Notes: generated from the letters alone by a model not told the origin. Shown: positions 10,097 through 21,346, numbered from the stretch's first letter. The stretch: 64,000 nt of DNA from Betaproteobacteria bacterium (GCA_016709665.1 JADJMI010000018.1:3431-67430); one strand, 5' to 3'. Numbers and translations are program-made.

Positions 10097-11863
10097 CTAC
10101 AGCGCGAACACCTCCACGATGCCCACGCCCGTCCCGCCATCCGAGCCGGTGACGATGGCCGTATAGGCACCGGGTGGCAGCGTGACGAGGATGGCCGCTT
10201 CGAGCGTGTTTCCCGGCGCGAAGCCGCTCGCCGCGACCGCGGCCTGATTGGTCGCCGACTGCCAGTTGTCGTTCACCGCGATCGCGCTCGCCCCCGCGAA
10301 GAGCTGCAGCATCGGGTTGGCGAGCGGGTTGGCGATGCCGGCGGCCGCGAGCGAGGGGCCGCGCGCGCGGACGAGGACCGTTTGCGGCCGCGTGCCCTGG
10401 ATGACGAACCCCCCGATCATCACGTCGTTGCCCGTGAGCACCTGCCCGCGCGTGGCGATGTTGATGAGCGGCATGTCCAGGCGGTCCACCTCGAAGACCT
10501 CGACGATGCCCACGCCCGAGGTGCCGCCCGCCCCGGCGACGATCGCGGTGTAGGCGCCGGGCGCGAGCGTCGCGAGCACCGCGGATTCCTGCGCGTTCGC
10601 CGGCGCGAAGCCCGAGGACTGGATGGCCGCCGCGTTGGCCGCCTGGCCCCAGTCGTCGTTCGTCGCGATCACCGTGGCGCCGGAGACGAGCTGCAGCGTG
10701 GGGTTGGCGAGCGCGTTCGCGATGCCGAAGGGAACCAGCGAGGGGCCGCGCGCGCGCACGACGACCGTCTTGGGCGCGCTGCCGCCGATGATGAAGCCGC
10801 CGATCAGCACGTCGTTGCCGGTGAGCACCTGCATGCGCGTGGAGATGTTCGCGAGGCGCGGGAACGCGGTGGGCGCGGGCACGAGCGCCTGGCCGCTGTT
10901 CGCATCCACCTGCATCGCGTCGGCGTTCACGGCCTCGAAGTTGGCGCCGGCGATGGAGCCGAGCTCGGAGAACACGGCGTCGGGCCAGCTCGCGCTCGAG
11001 ACGCCCTGGAAGAACCAGTTGCTGCCGCCGTCCGCGAGGATGAACCCGTACTTCTTGAGCGCCGTGAGGATGACGCGCGTGGGCTGCGAGTAAGGCGTCA
11101 CGTCGAACGAGGCCTTCAGGCGGAAGCGCGCGCCCATGGGCGGACGCGCGCCCGAGGTGTTCGTGCCCGAGGCGTGGCGGCCGGGCCAGAGGTACTTCTG
11201 GCCGCCGGTGGCCGCGTCGCGTCCCCAGATCTGCACGGCGGTCATGCGGATGGCGTGGGTGATCTCGCCCGCGACCACTTCCTCCCAGCGCACCAGGCCC
11301 GGGAAGATCGGCAGGCCCGCGGCATCGGCGGAGGTCCACCCGGCCTGGCGCAGCGGCCCGTTCGTCTTCAGGTCGAATCGCGCCCAGGACGTGGCGCTCC
11401 AGTTGGTGCCGCCGTTGACCGGGAAGGCCTGGTAGAGCTCGTACAGGATGCAGTTGTTGGTCTCGATCACGAGCACGTGGCGGTCCGCGCCCGAGGGGGC
11501 GCCCAGGCCGCCTTCCACCGGCGCGTCGACCGGGATGGGGAAGGGGACGTTGTCGCTTTCGTCGTCGAAGGCCCCCGCGTTCGGGATGATGAGGGACGCC
11601 GGATGCGCCCCGTTCACCGTGGCGAACGGAATGCCGAAGTTGTCGGCCAGGTTGTTGCCCCAGTCCGCGTGCAGCCGCGCGGTGTTGCCGACGGTGGCCA
11701 CCCAGTCGGTCGAGCGCGGGTGGACCGGCAGCGCGTCGATGGGCGTGTTCCAGTGGTTGTCGGCGGGGAAGACCTGGCACCCGCCGACGGTGGGGGGCGC
11801 GGCGAGGGCCGGCAGCGCGGCGGAGGCGAGCGCGAACAGGGCGCAGAAGCGAAGCGGGATCAT
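10097..11863 (-). CDS. Secreted protein, head domain of unknown function plus twin NISTR...EVF module
   Basis: Signal peptide MIPLRFCALFALASAALPALA. The ~330-aa head (CQVFPADNHWNTPIDALPVHP...) is not recognised. The twin module at ~10100..10860 ends GVGIVEVFAL-stop. Confidence 0.8.
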   Translation of the reverse strand: MIPLRFCALFALASAALPALAAPPTVGGCQVFPADNHWNTPIDALPVHPRSTDWVATVGNTARLHADWGNNLADNFGIPFATVNGAHPASLIIPNAGAFDDESDNVPFPIPVDAPVEGGLGAPSGADRHVLVIETNNCILYELYQAFPVNGGTNWSATSWARFDLKTNGPLRQAGWTSADAAGLPIFPGLVRWEEVVAGEITHAIRMTAVQIWGRDAATGGQKYLWPGRHASGTNTSGARPPMGARFRLKASFDVTPYSQPTRVILTALKKYGFILADGGSNWFFQGVSSASWPDAVFSELGSIAGANFEAVNADAMQVDANSGQALVPAPTAFPRLANISTRMQVLTGNDVLIGGFIIGGSAPKTVVVRARGPSLVPFGIANALANPTLQLVSGATVIATNDDWGQAANAAAIQSSGFAPANAQESAVLATLAPGAYTAIVAGAGGTSGVGIVEVFEVDRLDMPLINIATRGQVLTGNDVMIGGFVIQGTRPQTVLVRARGPSLAAAGIANPLANPMLQLFAGASAIAVNDNWQSATNQAAVAASGFAPGNTLEAAILVTLPPGAYTAIVTGSDGGTGVGIVEVFAL

Positions 11864-11940
11864 GGAGGACTCCTCCTGGATGAACGCCCGATGGTCCGTC
11901 GCCGCCGCGAGGGCCGCAAGGGAATTTTCGGCGCGGTGGC

Positions 11941-13885
11941 CTACTGCAGGAATATTTCGACGATCGACACGCCGGTCGTGCCGCCCGCGCCCGAGACGAC
12001 GGCGGTGTACGCGCCAGGGTCCAGGGTGAGCAGCAGGGCGGACTCCGCCGGGCTCGTCGGCGCGAAGCCTCGCGAGGCGACGGCGCCCGCGCTGTTGTTG
12101 CCCGTCTGCCAGTCGTCGTTGGTCGCGACCAACGACGCGCCGGCGAAAATCGAGAGCGAGGGGTTGGCCAGCGGGTTCGCGATGCCAAAGGGGGCGAGGG
12201 AAGGGCCCCGGGCCCGGACGACCACCGTCCGCGGCCCCGTGCCCTGGATGATGAAGCCGCCGATCAGCACGTCCGACCCCGAGGCCACGCGGCCCCGCGT
12301 GGAAATGTTCAGGAGCGGCACCGCGGCCGCATCGACCTCGAACACCTCCACGATCGCGACGCCGGTGCCGCCGGCCGCGCCCGAGACCACCACGGTGTAG
12401 CCGCCCGGCGGCAGCGTCACGAGCGCGGCCGATTCGAGCGGGTCCGCCGGCGCGAAGCCCGAGGCCTGGATGGCGGCGGCGTTCGCGGCCTGGCCCCAGT
12501 CGTCATTGGAGGCGAGGACCGTCTGGCCGGTGACGAGTTGCAGGGTCGGGTTCGCGAGCGGGTTGGCGATGCCCTGCGCGGCGAGCGAAGGGCCGCGCGC
12601 GCGCACGACGACCGTCTTCGCCTGCGAGCCGCCGATGATGAAGCCGCCGATCATCACGTCCTCGCCCGTGAGCGATTGCCCGCGCGTCGAGAGGTTGGCG
12701 AGCCGCGGCGGGTTCGTCGCGGCGGGCGTGAGCCGCACGATGCTGCCGCTCGCGATGTTGGCGGCGTAGAGCTCGCCGTTCTCGTCCTCGCCGAAGGTCG
12801 AGAGGTTCCCCACGGTCGCCACCTGCGTGGTCGTCCACGCGCCGCCGGCGCCGGGCTCCGCGGCCCAGACGCGGCCGCTGCCGAAATCGCCGTAGACGTA
12901 GAAGCCGGCGAGCCCCGGCACGGAACCGCCGCGGTAGCGGTAGCCGCCCGTCACCGACACGCCACCGGCCGCGTCGTGCGCGTATTCGAGGATCGGCGGC
13001 GTGTGGTTCGCCAGGCTGCAGTTCGAGGACGGGTTGTGGCAGGCGCTGCCTTCGAAGACGCTCCAGCCGTAATTGCGACCGCCCGGCGTGCCCGCGGGCT
13101 GGAAATCGATCTCCTCGCGCGCCCTGGCCCACGTCGCCGATGAAGTGATCGCCCGTGAGCCGGTCGAAACTGAAGCGCCACGGATTGCGCAGGCCGTAGG
13201 CCCAGATCTCGCCGCGCCGGCCCGCCTGGCCGATGAACGGATTCCCCGCGGGGTTGCCGTAGGGCGGCGTGCCGTTCACGTCGATCCGCAGGATCTTGCC
13301 GCGCAGGTCGTTCAGGTTCTGGCCCGTGGCGAACGGATCGCCCCCGCCGCCGCCGTCGCCCACGCCGATGTACAGGTAGCCGTCCGGTCCGAAGGCGATC
13401 TTGCCGCCGTTGTGGTTCGCCTGTTGCGGATGCGGAATGGTGATCAGGACCGTCGCCGACGCGGTGTCGGCCCGGTCCGGATTCGCCGCCGAGCGCGTGT
13501 AGCGCGCGACGACGATCTCGTTGCCGCCGCCGTCGCCGGCGAGCGCCCGGGTGTAGAAGACGAAGAACTGCCCGTTCGTCGCGAACGCGGGATGGAAGGC
13601 GAGCCCCAGCAGGCCCTGCTCGCCGCCGGTGCGCACCGGGCCGCCGCTGCCGGGGGAGATGTCGAGGAAGGGGGTCGCGACGAGCGCGCCGTTCCTCACG
13701 ATGCGGATTCGCCCGCCCTGCTCGACGACGAAGAGCCGCCCGGAAAAATCGTTGGCGTGCACGATCTCCACGGGCGCGGCCAGGCCGGAGACGAACGGCG
13801 TGGGCGTGAGCGCGGGCGGCGCGGCGAGCGCGCAGGAGGCGGCCAGCAGGGCGGCGCCGCAGAACGGGCGGACAAGGCGGGGCAT
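11941..13885 (-). pseudogene. PQQ-dependent soluble sugar (glucose/sorbosone) dehydrogenase-like beta-propeller fused to twin NISTR...EVF module; single frame break
   Basis: Signal peptide MPRLVRPFCGAALLAASCALA. Dehydrogenase motifs include LFVVEQGGRIRIV, GEQGLLGLAFHP, HNGGKIAFGPDGYLYIGVGDGG, GLRNPWRFSFD and GGVSVTGGYRYRG. ORF 12503..13951 joins ORF 11941..12960 through a 1-nt frame break inside a CG run at ~13113-13122 (GQGA|REEIDFQPAG). The twin module lies at ~11944..12708. Confidence 0.8.
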
Positions 13886-14021
13886 GGCTTTCCTCGGGAT
13901 CGGTCGACAGGAAGTACGGCCGATTCTAGGCGGCGGATGCCACCGCGCCACGACCGTTCGTCGGATGTCGCCTCCGGGCTACAGGCGGGGCGCCGGGTGA
14001 CGCGAAAGGCAAGGCGAGGGG

Positions 14022-16856
14022 CTACGGCTGCGCGAACACCTCGATGATGCCCACGCCCGTCGTGCTGCCCGCGCCGGTCACGATGGCCGTGTAGGCGCCC
14101 GGAGCGAGCGTTACGCGGATCGCGGACTCGAGCGCGTTCGAAGGCGCGAAGCCCGAGGCCTGGATCGCCGCCGCGTCGCCGGCCACCGTCTGCACCTGCC
14201 AGTCGTCGTTGCTCGCGACCGGCGTGGCGCCCGAGTAGAGCAGCAGCACGGGGTTCGCGAGCGCGCCGGGCACGCCGGCCGCCGTGAGCGAGGGGCCGCG
14301 CGCGCGCACCACCACGGTCTGCGGGGTGTCTCCCTGGATGATGAAGCCGCCTATCATGACGTCGTTGCCGGTGAGCACCTGGCCCCGCGTGGAGATGTTG
14401 ATGAGAGGGGCGTCGGGCAGGTCGACTTCGAACACCTCGACGATGCCCACGCCCGTGCCTCCCGCGGTGCCCGTCACGATGGCGGTGTAGGCGCCCGGCG
14501 CGAGCGTCGTGTGGATCGCGGCCTCGAGGGCGTTCGAAGGGGCGAAACCCGAGGCCTGGACCGCCGCGGCGTTCGTGGCGTCCTGCCAGTTGTCGTTGGT
14601 CGCGAGCGGCGTCGCGCCTGAGTAGAGCAGCAGCACGGGGTTCGCGAGCGCGCCGGGCACGCCGGCCGCGGTGAGCGAGGGGCCGCGTGCGCGCACGACC
14701 ACGGTCTTCGACTGCGTCCCGCCGATGATGAAGCCGCCGATCATGACGTCGTTGCCGGTGAGCACCTGCATGCGCGTCGAGATGTTGGCGAGGCGCGCGG
14801 GGTTCGTCGAGAGGGTGCCCTTGCGGATCGCGAAGTTGCTGCGGTCGGCCACGTAGAGGTTGCCGCTCGTGTCGACCGTGACGTCCTTCGGGTTGAAGAA
14901 GCGTGACGCCGTGCCCACGCCATCCGTCGAGCCGACGCTGCGGGCCGCGCCGCCGACCGTCGTCACGACGCCCGCCGCCGTGACGCTGCGGATCGTCTGG
15001 TTGTCGGTGTCGGCGACGTGGACGGTACCGGTCGCATCGACGGCGACCCCGCTCGGAAAGCGGAAAGTGGCCGCGGTGCCCGTGCCGTCGGCGTTGCCCG
15101 CGAGGCCGCTGCCCGCGAGCGTGGTGACCACGCCCGCCGGCGTGATCTTGCGGATGGCGTGGTTGCCGTGATCGCAGACGTACAGGTTGCCGGCGGAATC
15201 GACCGTGACGTCGAAGGGCACCAGGAACCGGGCCGCGGTGCCGGTGGCGTCCACGAATCCGGGGGCGCCGAGCGTGCCCGCGAGGGTGGTGACCACGCCG
15301 GCCGGCGTGATCTTGCGGATGGTCTCGCCGTCGACCGCGTACACGTTGCCGCCCGTATCGACGGCGAGGCCGTAGAGGCCGCTGAAACGCGCCGCGGCGC
15401 CGGTGCCGTTGGTCGCGCCCGACAGGCCGGCCGTGCCCGCGATCGTGGTGACCACGCCCGCCGCGGTGATCTTCCTCACGGTGTGGTTGCCCGAATCCGC
15501 CAGGTACACCGTGCCGGCGCTGTCGGCCGCGATGCCGAACGGGGCAAAGAATCGCGCTGCCGCGCCCGTGCCGTCGGCGCTGCCGAAACTGCCCTGGGTG
15601 CCCGCGAGCGTCGTGACCACGCCGGCCGGCGTGATTTTGCGCACGGTGTGGTCGGCCGCGTCGGCCACGTAGAGGTTGCCGCTGCCGTCGGAGGCCACGG
15701 TGTACGGGTCCTCGAAGCGCGCCGCGCTGCCCGTGCCGTCCACGGCGCTGCTGCGGCCCGCCAGCCCCGCGAGCGTCGTGACGGCCCCGGCCGTGTCGAT
15801 GGCGCGGATCGTGTTGCTGGCCGTGTCGGCCACCAGCAGGTTGCCGCCCGCGTCGGAGGACACGCTGGAGGGGTAGAAGAAGCGTGCGACGGATCCGGTG
15901 CCATCGGCGATGCCGGGCACGCCGGCGGAGCCGGCGAGTGTGCTCACGGTGCCGCCCGAGATCTTGCGGATGGCGTGGTTGCCGTAGTCGGCCACGTAGA
16001 CGTTGCCGCTGCCATCGACGGCCACGCCGCGGGGCTCGCGGAAGCGCGCCAGGCCGATCGCGGCGCCGTTGGTGTTGCCCGAGAAGCCGGCGATGCCTGC
16101 GAGCGTGGTCACCACGCCGCCGGGCGTGATCAACCGGATCGTGTGGTTCGACGAATCCGCGACATAGACGTTGCCGGACGAATCGACCGCGACGCCCTGC
16201 GGTTCGCGAAACCGCGCGGCCGTCCCCGTGCCGTCGGCGTTGCCGCCGGTACCCGTCGTGCCCGCGAGCGTGGTCACCACGCCCGCAGGCGTGATCTTGC
16301 GGATGGCGTGGTTCTGGTAGTCCGCCACGTAGACGTTGCCGTCGACGTCGGTGGCGACGCCGCGCGGCTCGTCGAAGCGCGCGGCCGTGCCCGTGCCGTC
16401 CGCAGTGCCGGCCGTCGCGCTCCCGGCGAACGTGGTGACGATTCCGCCGGGCGCGATCTTGCGGATGCGGTTGCCGGCGGTGTCGGCCACGTACACGTTG
16501 CCGTTGGGGTCGACCGCGACGCCATAGGGGTCGGTGAATCGCGCCGCGGCACCCGTGCCATCGATGCCGCCCTGGTTGCCCGCGGTGCCCGCGTAGGTGG
16601 TCACCACCCCGGCCGAGGTCACGAGCCGGATCGTGCTGTTGGAGGCGTCCGCCACGTAGGCCACCCCGCCGCTGCCCCGCGCGATGCCCCGCGGCGCGTA
16701 GAACTGCGCTGCCGCGCCGGTGGCATCGATGCTGCGCACCACGGCCCCGGGCGTTCCCGCGAGGGTGGACCAGGTGAAGCCGGCGGAAGAAGCGACGAGA
16801 GGCGCTGCCGCGAGCAGCCCCGCAACCAGGAATGTCCGGAACCGCTTCGCGCGCAT
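14022..16856 (-). CDS. Secreted 12-blade NHL-repeat protein with twin NISTR...EVF module
   Basis: Signal peptide MRAKRFRTFLVAGLLAAAPLVASSAG (ATG at 16856). There are twelve repeats of the type P.GVAVD..GNVYVAD..NH.IRKITP.GVVTTLAG. The twin module at ~14025..14797 ends GVGIIEVFAQP-stop. Confidence 0.9.
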   Translation of the reverse strand: MRAKRFRTFLVAGLLAAAPLVASSAGFTWSTLAGTPGAVVRSIDATGAAAQFYAPRGIARGSGGVAYVADASNSTIRLVTSAGVVTTYAGTAGNQGGIDGTGAAARFTDPYGVAVDPNGNVYVADTAGNRIRKIAPGGIVTTFAGSATAGTADGTGTAARFDEPRGVATDVDGNVYVADYQNHAIRKITPAGVVTTLAGTTGTGGNADGTGTAARFREPQGVAVDSSGNVYVADSSNHTIRLITPGGVVTTLAGIAGFSGNTNGAAIGLARFREPRGVAVDGSGNVYVADYGNHAIRKISGGTVSTLAGSAGVPGIADGTGSVARFFYPSSVSSDAGGNLLVADTASNTIRAIDTAGAVTTLAGLAGRSSAVDGTGSAARFEDPYTVASDGSGNLYVADAADHTVRKITPAGVVTTLAGTQGSFGSADGTGAAARFFAPFGIAADSAGTVYLADSGNHTVRKITAAGVVTTIAGTAGLSGATNGTGAAARFSGLYGLAVDTGGNVYAVDGETIRKITPAGVVTTLAGTLGAPGFVDATGTAARFLVPFDVTVDSAGNLYVCDHGNHAIRKITPAGVVTTLAGSGLAGNADGTGTAATFRFPSGVAVDATGTVHVADTDNQTIRSVTAAGVVTTVGGAARSVGSTDGVGTASRFFNPKDVTVDTSGNLYVADRSNFAIRKGTLSTNPARLANISTRMQVLTGNDVMIGGFIIGGTQSKTVVVRARGPSLTAAGVPGALANPVLLLYSGATPLATNDNWQDATNAAAVQASGFAPSNALEAAIHTTLAPGAYTAIVTGTAGGTGVGIVEVFEVDLPDAPLINISTRGQVLTGNDVMIGGFIIQGDTPQTVVVRARGPSLTAAGVPGALANPVLLLYSGATPVASNDDWQVQTVAGDAAAIQASGFAPSNALESAIRVTLAPGAYTAIVTGAGSTTGVGIIEVFAQP

Positions 16857-16878
16857 GGCGCCCTCCGCAATGCCAACG

Positions 16879-18552
16879 TCAGTCGGTGACCGCACCCTTG
16901 CTCGCCGTACCCACCAGCTTCGCGTATTTGGCGAGCACGCCGCGCGTGTAGCGGGGCGCGGGCTGCTTCCAGGCGGCGCGGCGCTTCGCGATTTCCGCAT
17001 CCGGCACGTTCAACTGGATGAGGAGCTGCCTCGCGTCGATGGTGACGGAATCGCCCTCCTGCACGAGCGCGATGAGGCCGCCTTCGTAGGCTTCCGGCGC
17101 GACGTGGCCGACCACCATGCCCCAGGTGCCGCCGGAGAAACGGCCGTCCGTGATGAGGCCGACCGATTCGCCCAGGCCCTTGCCGATGAGCGCGCCCGTG
17201 GGCGAGAGCATCTCGCGCATGCCCGGGCCGCCCTTGGGGCCTTCGTAGCGGATGATGACCACGTCGCCCGCATGGATGCGGTCGCCCAGGATCGCTTCCA
17301 TGGCCGCGGGCTCGGAATCGAACACCTTGGCCGGGCCGGTGATCACCGGGTTCTTGAGGCCCGTGATCTTGGCGACGCACCCCTCGGGGGCGAGGTTGCC
17401 CCTGAGGATGGCCAGGTGGCCCTGCTCGTACATCGGGTTCGACCAGGGGCGGATGACGTCCTGGTCCTTGCGCGGCTCGGCGGGGATGTCCGCGAGCGTC
17501 TCGGCGATGGTCTTGCCGGTGATGGTGATGCACTCGCCGTGGAGCACGCCGTGCTCGAGCAGCATCTTCATCACCTGCGGCACGCCGCCCGCGCGGTGGA
17601 AATCCGTGGCGACGTAGCGGCCGGAGGGTTTCAGGTCGCAGAGCACCGGCACCTTCTTGCGGATGCGCTCGAAATCGTCGATCGTCCAGTCCACCTGCGC
17701 CGCGTGGGTGATGGCGAGGAAGTGCAGCACCGCGTTGGTCGAGCCGCCGACCGCCATGATGACGGCCACGGCGTTCTCGACGGACTTCTTCGTGACGATG
17801 TCGCGCGTCTTGAGGCCCTTCTTCACGGCCTCGACCAGCACGCGGGCGCTCTCCTCGGTGCTCGCGACCTTCTCGGCGTCCTCGTTGGCCATCGTGGAGG
17901 AGTAGGGCAGCGACATGCCCAGCGCCTCGAAGGCCGAGCTCATCGTGTTGGCGGTGTACATGCCGCCGCAGGCGCCGGTGCCCGGCAGGGCGCAGCGCTC
18001 GATGCACTCGAAGTCCTCGCGGCTCATCTTGCCGGCGTTGAGCGAGCCCACGGCCTCGAACACGCTGACGATCTGCAGGTCCTCGCCCTTGTGGTGGCCG
18101 GGCTTGATGGTGCCGCCGTAGACGAAGATCGCCGGGAGGTTCATGCGGCAAAGGCCGATCATCGCGCCGGGCATGTTCTTGTCGCAGCCGCCGATGGCGA
18201 GCACGCCGTCCATGAACTGGCTCTGCACGGCGGTCTCGATGGAATCGGCGATCACCTCGCGCGAGACGAGGGAGTACTTCATGCCCTCGGTGCCCATGGA
18301 GATGCCGTCCGTCACGGTGATCGTGCCGAACATCTGCGGCATGCCGCCCGCGGCGCGGATGGCGGCGTCGGCCGCGTCGGCGAGGGGCTGCAGGCCCGCG
18401 TTGCAGGGGTTGAGCGTCGAGTGGCCGTTGGCGAGGCCGATGAAGGGCTTCTTGAAGTCCTCGTCGCCGTAGCCGATGGCGCGCAGCATCGAGCGGTTGG
18501 GGGAGCGCGAATCGCCCTCGGTGATGGTGGTGGAGCGGAATTTTTCGGTCAT
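16879..18552 (-). CDS. ilvD: Dihydroxy-acid dehydratase
   Basis: [54 protein letters not shown] ... GGCDKNMPG ... GRFSGGTWG. The gene encodes 557 aa from ATG 18552. The 1424-aa ORF in the track is stop-free read-through upstream. Confidence 0.95.
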   Translation of the reverse strand: MTEKFRSTTITEGDSRSPNRSMLRAIGYGDEDFKKPFIGLANGHSTLNPCNAGLQPLADAADAAIRAAGGMPQMFGTITVTDGISMGTEGMKYSLVSREVIADSIETAVQSQFMDGVLAIGGCDKNMPGAMIGLCRMNLPAIFVYGGTIKPGHHKGEDLQIVSVFEAVGSLNAGKMSREDFECIERCALPGTGACGGMYTANTMSSAFEALGMSLPYSSTMANEDAEKVASTEESARVLVEAVKKGLKTRDIVTKKSVENAVAVIMAVGGSTNAVLHFLAITHAAQVDWTIDDFERIRKKVPVLCDLKPSGRYVATDFHRAGGVPQVMKMLLEHGVLHGECITITGKTIAETLADIPAEPRKDQDVIRPWSNPMYEQGHLAILRGNLAPEGCVAKITGLKNPVITGPAKVFDSEPAAMEAILGDRIHAGDVVIIRYEGPKGGPGMREMLSPTGALIGKGLGESVGLITDGRFSGGTWGMVVGHVAPEAYEGGLIALVQEGDSVTIDARQLLIQLNVPDAEIAKRRAAWKQPAPRYTRGVLAKYAKLVGTASKGAVTD

Positions 18553-18575
18553 GTTCGCTTCTCTCGTTCGGTGTC

Positions 18576-19541
18576 CTAGTCGACCTTGACGTTGCCGGCC
18601 TTCACGACCTTCGCCCACATCCCGGTCTGCTCGCGGATGAACTGCTCCGCCGCCTTCGGGCCCTGCGGCGCGATCTCGCCGCCCAGCGCGGCCACGCGTT
18701 CCTTGATGTCCGGCGAGGCCATCGCCTTCTGCACGGCCTCGGCCAGCTTCGCGATCACCGGCGCGGGCGTTCCGGCGGGGGCGAAGACGCCGTTCCATTC
18801 GTACACCTCGTAGCCGGGCACGCCGGCCTCGGCCATCGTCGGCAGGTCCGGCAGCGCCGCGATGCGCTTGGCGCCGGTGAGGGCGAGCGGCCGCAGCTTC
18901 CCGCCCTTCACGTGCCCCAGGCCCGAGGCCACGTTGGCGAAGAAGACGGGCACCTGGCCGCCCATCACGTCGTTCATCGCCGGGCCGCCGCCCTTGTAGG
19001 GGATGTGCTGCAGGTCGACCCCGGCCTTCTGCTTGAAGAGCTCGCCGGCGAGGTGCTGCGCGGAGCCGTTGCCGGAGGAGGCGAAGGCCACGCTGCCGGG
19101 CTTCGACTTGGCGAGGTCCACGAGGTCCTTCACGGTCTTCGGCGCGAAGGAGGGCGTCACCACGAGCATGTTCGGGTAGAGCGCGAGCACGCCGATGGGC
19201 GTGAACGCCTTGGCCGGGTCGTAGGGCAGCTTCGGGTAAAGGCTCGGGTTCACGGCGTAGTTGGCCGCGTCGAGCATGAGCGTGTAGCCGTCCGGGGCTG
19301 CGCGCGCCACCTCGCCCGCGCCGATCTGGCCGCTCGCGCCCGCCTTGTTCTCGACGACGACCGGCTGGCCGAGCGCTTCGGCCATCTTCGGCGCGATGAG
19401 GCGGGCCATGAGATCCGCGCCGCCGCCGGGCGGGTAGGTGACGATGATCTTGACGGGCTTCGTGGGGAACGCCTGGGCGAGGGCGGCCGGGGAAATCGCG
19501 AGGGCGAGCGCGCAGCCGAGCGTGGCGAGAAGTCTCTTCAT
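18576..19541 (-). CDS. Bug-family (TctC-like) tripartite tricarboxylate transporter substrate-binding protein
   Basis: Signal peptide [23 protein letters not shown], followed by [24 protein letters not shown] ... VENKAGASG ... PDGYTL, the typical Bug signature. Confidence 0.9.
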   Translation of the reverse strand: MKRLLATLGCALALAISPAALAQAFPTKPVKIIVTYPPGGGADLMARLIAPKMAEALGQPVVVENKAGASGQIGAGEVARAAPDGYTLMLDAANYAVNPSLYPKLPYDPAKAFTPIGVLALYPNMLVVTPSFAPKTVKDLVDLAKSKPGSVAFASSGNGSAQHLAGELFKQKAGVDLQHIPYKGGGPAMNDVMGGQVPVFFANVASGLGHVKGGKLRPLALTGAKRIAALPDLPTMAEAGVPGYEVYEWNGVFAPAGTPAPVIAKLAEAVQKAMASPDIKERVAALGGEIAPQGPKAAEQFIREQTGMWAKVVKAGNVKVD

Positions 19542-19623
19542 GGGGGCGGGAAACCGGGAGTGGGAGGAATCGGCCGCATTCTCGGACGGCCGGATCGCTA
19601 GAATAGCCCTTCGCAGACACCCG

Positions 19624-20424
19624 GTGAAACCCTTGCAAGGCGTCGATACCCACGCTCACGTGTTCTCCGCCACCGCGCCGCCCGTGGCGGGCGCGCGCTA
19701 TCGGCCCGCCTACGCCGCCACGCTCGAGGACTGGCGTTCGCGCTGGGCGGCGGCCGGCATCACGCACGGGGTGGTCGTGCAGGTGAGCTTCTACGGCACG
19801 GACAACACGGAGGTGCTGGCCGCTGTCGCGAGCGATCCTTCGCGGCTGCGGGGCGTCGCCATCGTCGAGCCGTCCATCGACGATCGCGAGCTCGCGCGGC
19901 TGGACGGCGGCGGCATCCGCGCCATCCGGCTGAACCTCAAGTCGGTGGCGGACTACGCGATCTATGGCGCGGGGGCATGGAAGGCGCTCTACCGCTGCAT
20001 CCACGCGCGCGGCTGGCATGTCGAGGTGTACGTGGATGTCGGGCGCCTGCCGGAGATCGCGCCGGCCTTCGCCGATACGCCCGTGGGCGTGGTGTTCGAC
20101 CACTTCGGCAACCCGGGGGCGACGCCGGAGGCGGTGGATCGCACCTTCGCGTCGGTGGCGGCGCTCGCGAAGGAGCGCGAGGTGTTCGCGAAGCTCTCGG
20201 CGCCCTATCGGCTGGGCGGGGCCAACCCGGCCGGCCTCGCCGCGCGCTGGCTCGAGGCCGTCGGGCCGCGCAACCTGCTGTGGGGCAGCGACTGGCCGTG
20301 GACGAACTTCGAGACGGTGCAGGATTACGGGCGCCTGCGGGCCATGCTGGACGACTGGGCGCCCGCGACGCTTCGCCCCGCGATCCTCTGGGATAATGCG
20401 GCCCGCCTCTACGGTTTCGACTGA
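19624..20424 (+). CDS. Metal-dependent amidohydrolase (amidohydrolase_2 family)
   Basis: GVDTHAHVF at the N-terminus and WGSDWPW near the C-terminus. The start is uncertain: I chose GTG 19624 because the longer ORF from 19438 would overlap the divergent Bug gene. Confidence 0.7.
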   Translation: MKPLQGVDTHAHVFSATAPPVAGARYRPAYAATLEDWRSRWAAAGITHGVVVQVSFYGTDNTEVLAAVASDPSRLRGVAIVEPSIDDRELARLDGGGIRAIRLNLKSVADYAIYGAGAWKALYRCIHARGWHVEVYVDVGRLPEIAPAFADTPVGVVFDHFGNPGATPEAVDRTFASVAALAKEREVFAKLSAPYRLGGANPAGLAARWLEAVGPRNLLWGSDWPWTNFETVQDYGRLRAMLDDWAPATLRPAILWDNAARLYGFD

Positions 20425-20433
20425 AAGCTCCCC

Positions 20434-21216
20434 TTGCTCACCCATCCGCAGTTCGATCCCGTCCTCTTCAGCCTGGGGCCCGTCGCCGTGCGCTGGTACG
20501 GGCTCATGTACGTGCTCGCGTTCGTGGCGTTCGTGGTGCTGGGCAAGTACCGCGCGCGCAAGGGGCCGGCGTACGGCGTGACGGAGGAGGGCGTGGACGA
20601 CATGCTGCTCTACGGCGTGCTGGGCGTGATCCTGGGCGGGCGGCTGGGGTACATCCTCTTCTACAAGCCGGAGTACTACCTCGCGCACCCGCTGGAGGTG
20701 ATCCAGATCTGGACGGGTGGGATGAGCTTCCACGGCGGGTTCCTGGGCGTGCTCTTCGCGATCTGGATCTTCTGCCGGCGCCGCAAGCTCGCGTGGCTCT
20801 CGACGATGGATTTCATCGCGCCGCTCGTGCCCGTCGGCCTGGGCGCCGGCCGCATGGGCAACTTCATCAACGGCGAGCTGCCCGGGCGCGTGACCGACGT
20901 GCCCTGGGGCATGTGGTACCCGCAGATCGACCGCGTGGCGACGCTGCGCCATCCCTCGCAGCTCTACCAGTTCGCGATGGAGGGCCTCGTGCTCTTCGCG
21001 CTGCTGTGGGTGTTCTCCGCGAAGCCGCGTCCCGCGGGCGCGGTGTCGGGCCTCTTCCTCATCGGCTACGGCGCGGGGCGCTTCATCACCGAATTCGGCC
21101 GCCAGCCCGACGATTTCCTCGGCTTCCTCGCCCTGGGCCTTTCCATGGGCCAATGGCTCTCCCTGCCCATGGTCGCCGCCGGCATCGCCATGATGGCCTG
21201 GTCCTACCGCCGTTGA
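20434..21216 (+). CDS. lgt: Prolipoprotein diacylglyceryl transferase
   Basis: [29 protein letters not shown] ... [11 protein letters not shown] ... [14 protein letters not shown], the Lgt signature. The start codon is TTG. Confidence 0.93.
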   Translation: MLTHPQFDPVLFSLGPVAVRWYGLMYVLAFVAFVVLGKYRARKGPAYGVTEEGVDDMLLYGVLGVILGGRLGYILFYKPEYYLAHPLEVIQIWTGGMSFHGGFLGVLFAIWIFCRRRKLAWLSTMDFIAPLVPVGLGAGRMGNFINGELPGRVTDVPWGMWYPQIDRVATLRHPSQLYQFAMEGLVLFALLWVFSAKPRPAGAVSGLFLIGYGAGRFITEFGRQPDDFLGFLALGLSMGQWLSLPMVAAGIAMMAWSYRR

Positions 21217-21261
21217 AGCTGGGGACAGGTGAAAAAGGGGACGGGTGTAAATGGGGACAGG

Positions 21262-21338
21262 TGAAGGAGTGCGTCCCCTTCAGCCCTTCCGAAGGGGTGC
21301 GTCCCCTTCAGCGCTCCTGAAGGTGTGCGTCCCCTTCA
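21262..21338. repeat. REP/BIME-like cluster 4 (three copies, all in reverse orientation)
   Basis: TGAAGGAGTGCGTCCCCTTCA at 21262-21282, CGAAGGGGTGCGTCCCCTTCA at 21290-21310 and TGAAGGTGTGCGTCCCCTTCA at 21318-21338. Degenerate GGGGACAGGTGA motifs lie just upstream. Confidence 0.85.
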
Positions 21339-21346
21339 TCGGGGTG

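Noticed and set aside
16879-21153. 1424-aa minus-strand ORF in the track
   Set aside because: Only 16879..18552 encodes IlvD, with a clear MTEKF start. The rest is stop-free high-GC read-through running antisense to or across the Bug, amidohydrolase and lgt genes. It has an Arg/Pro/Gly-rich nonsense composition.
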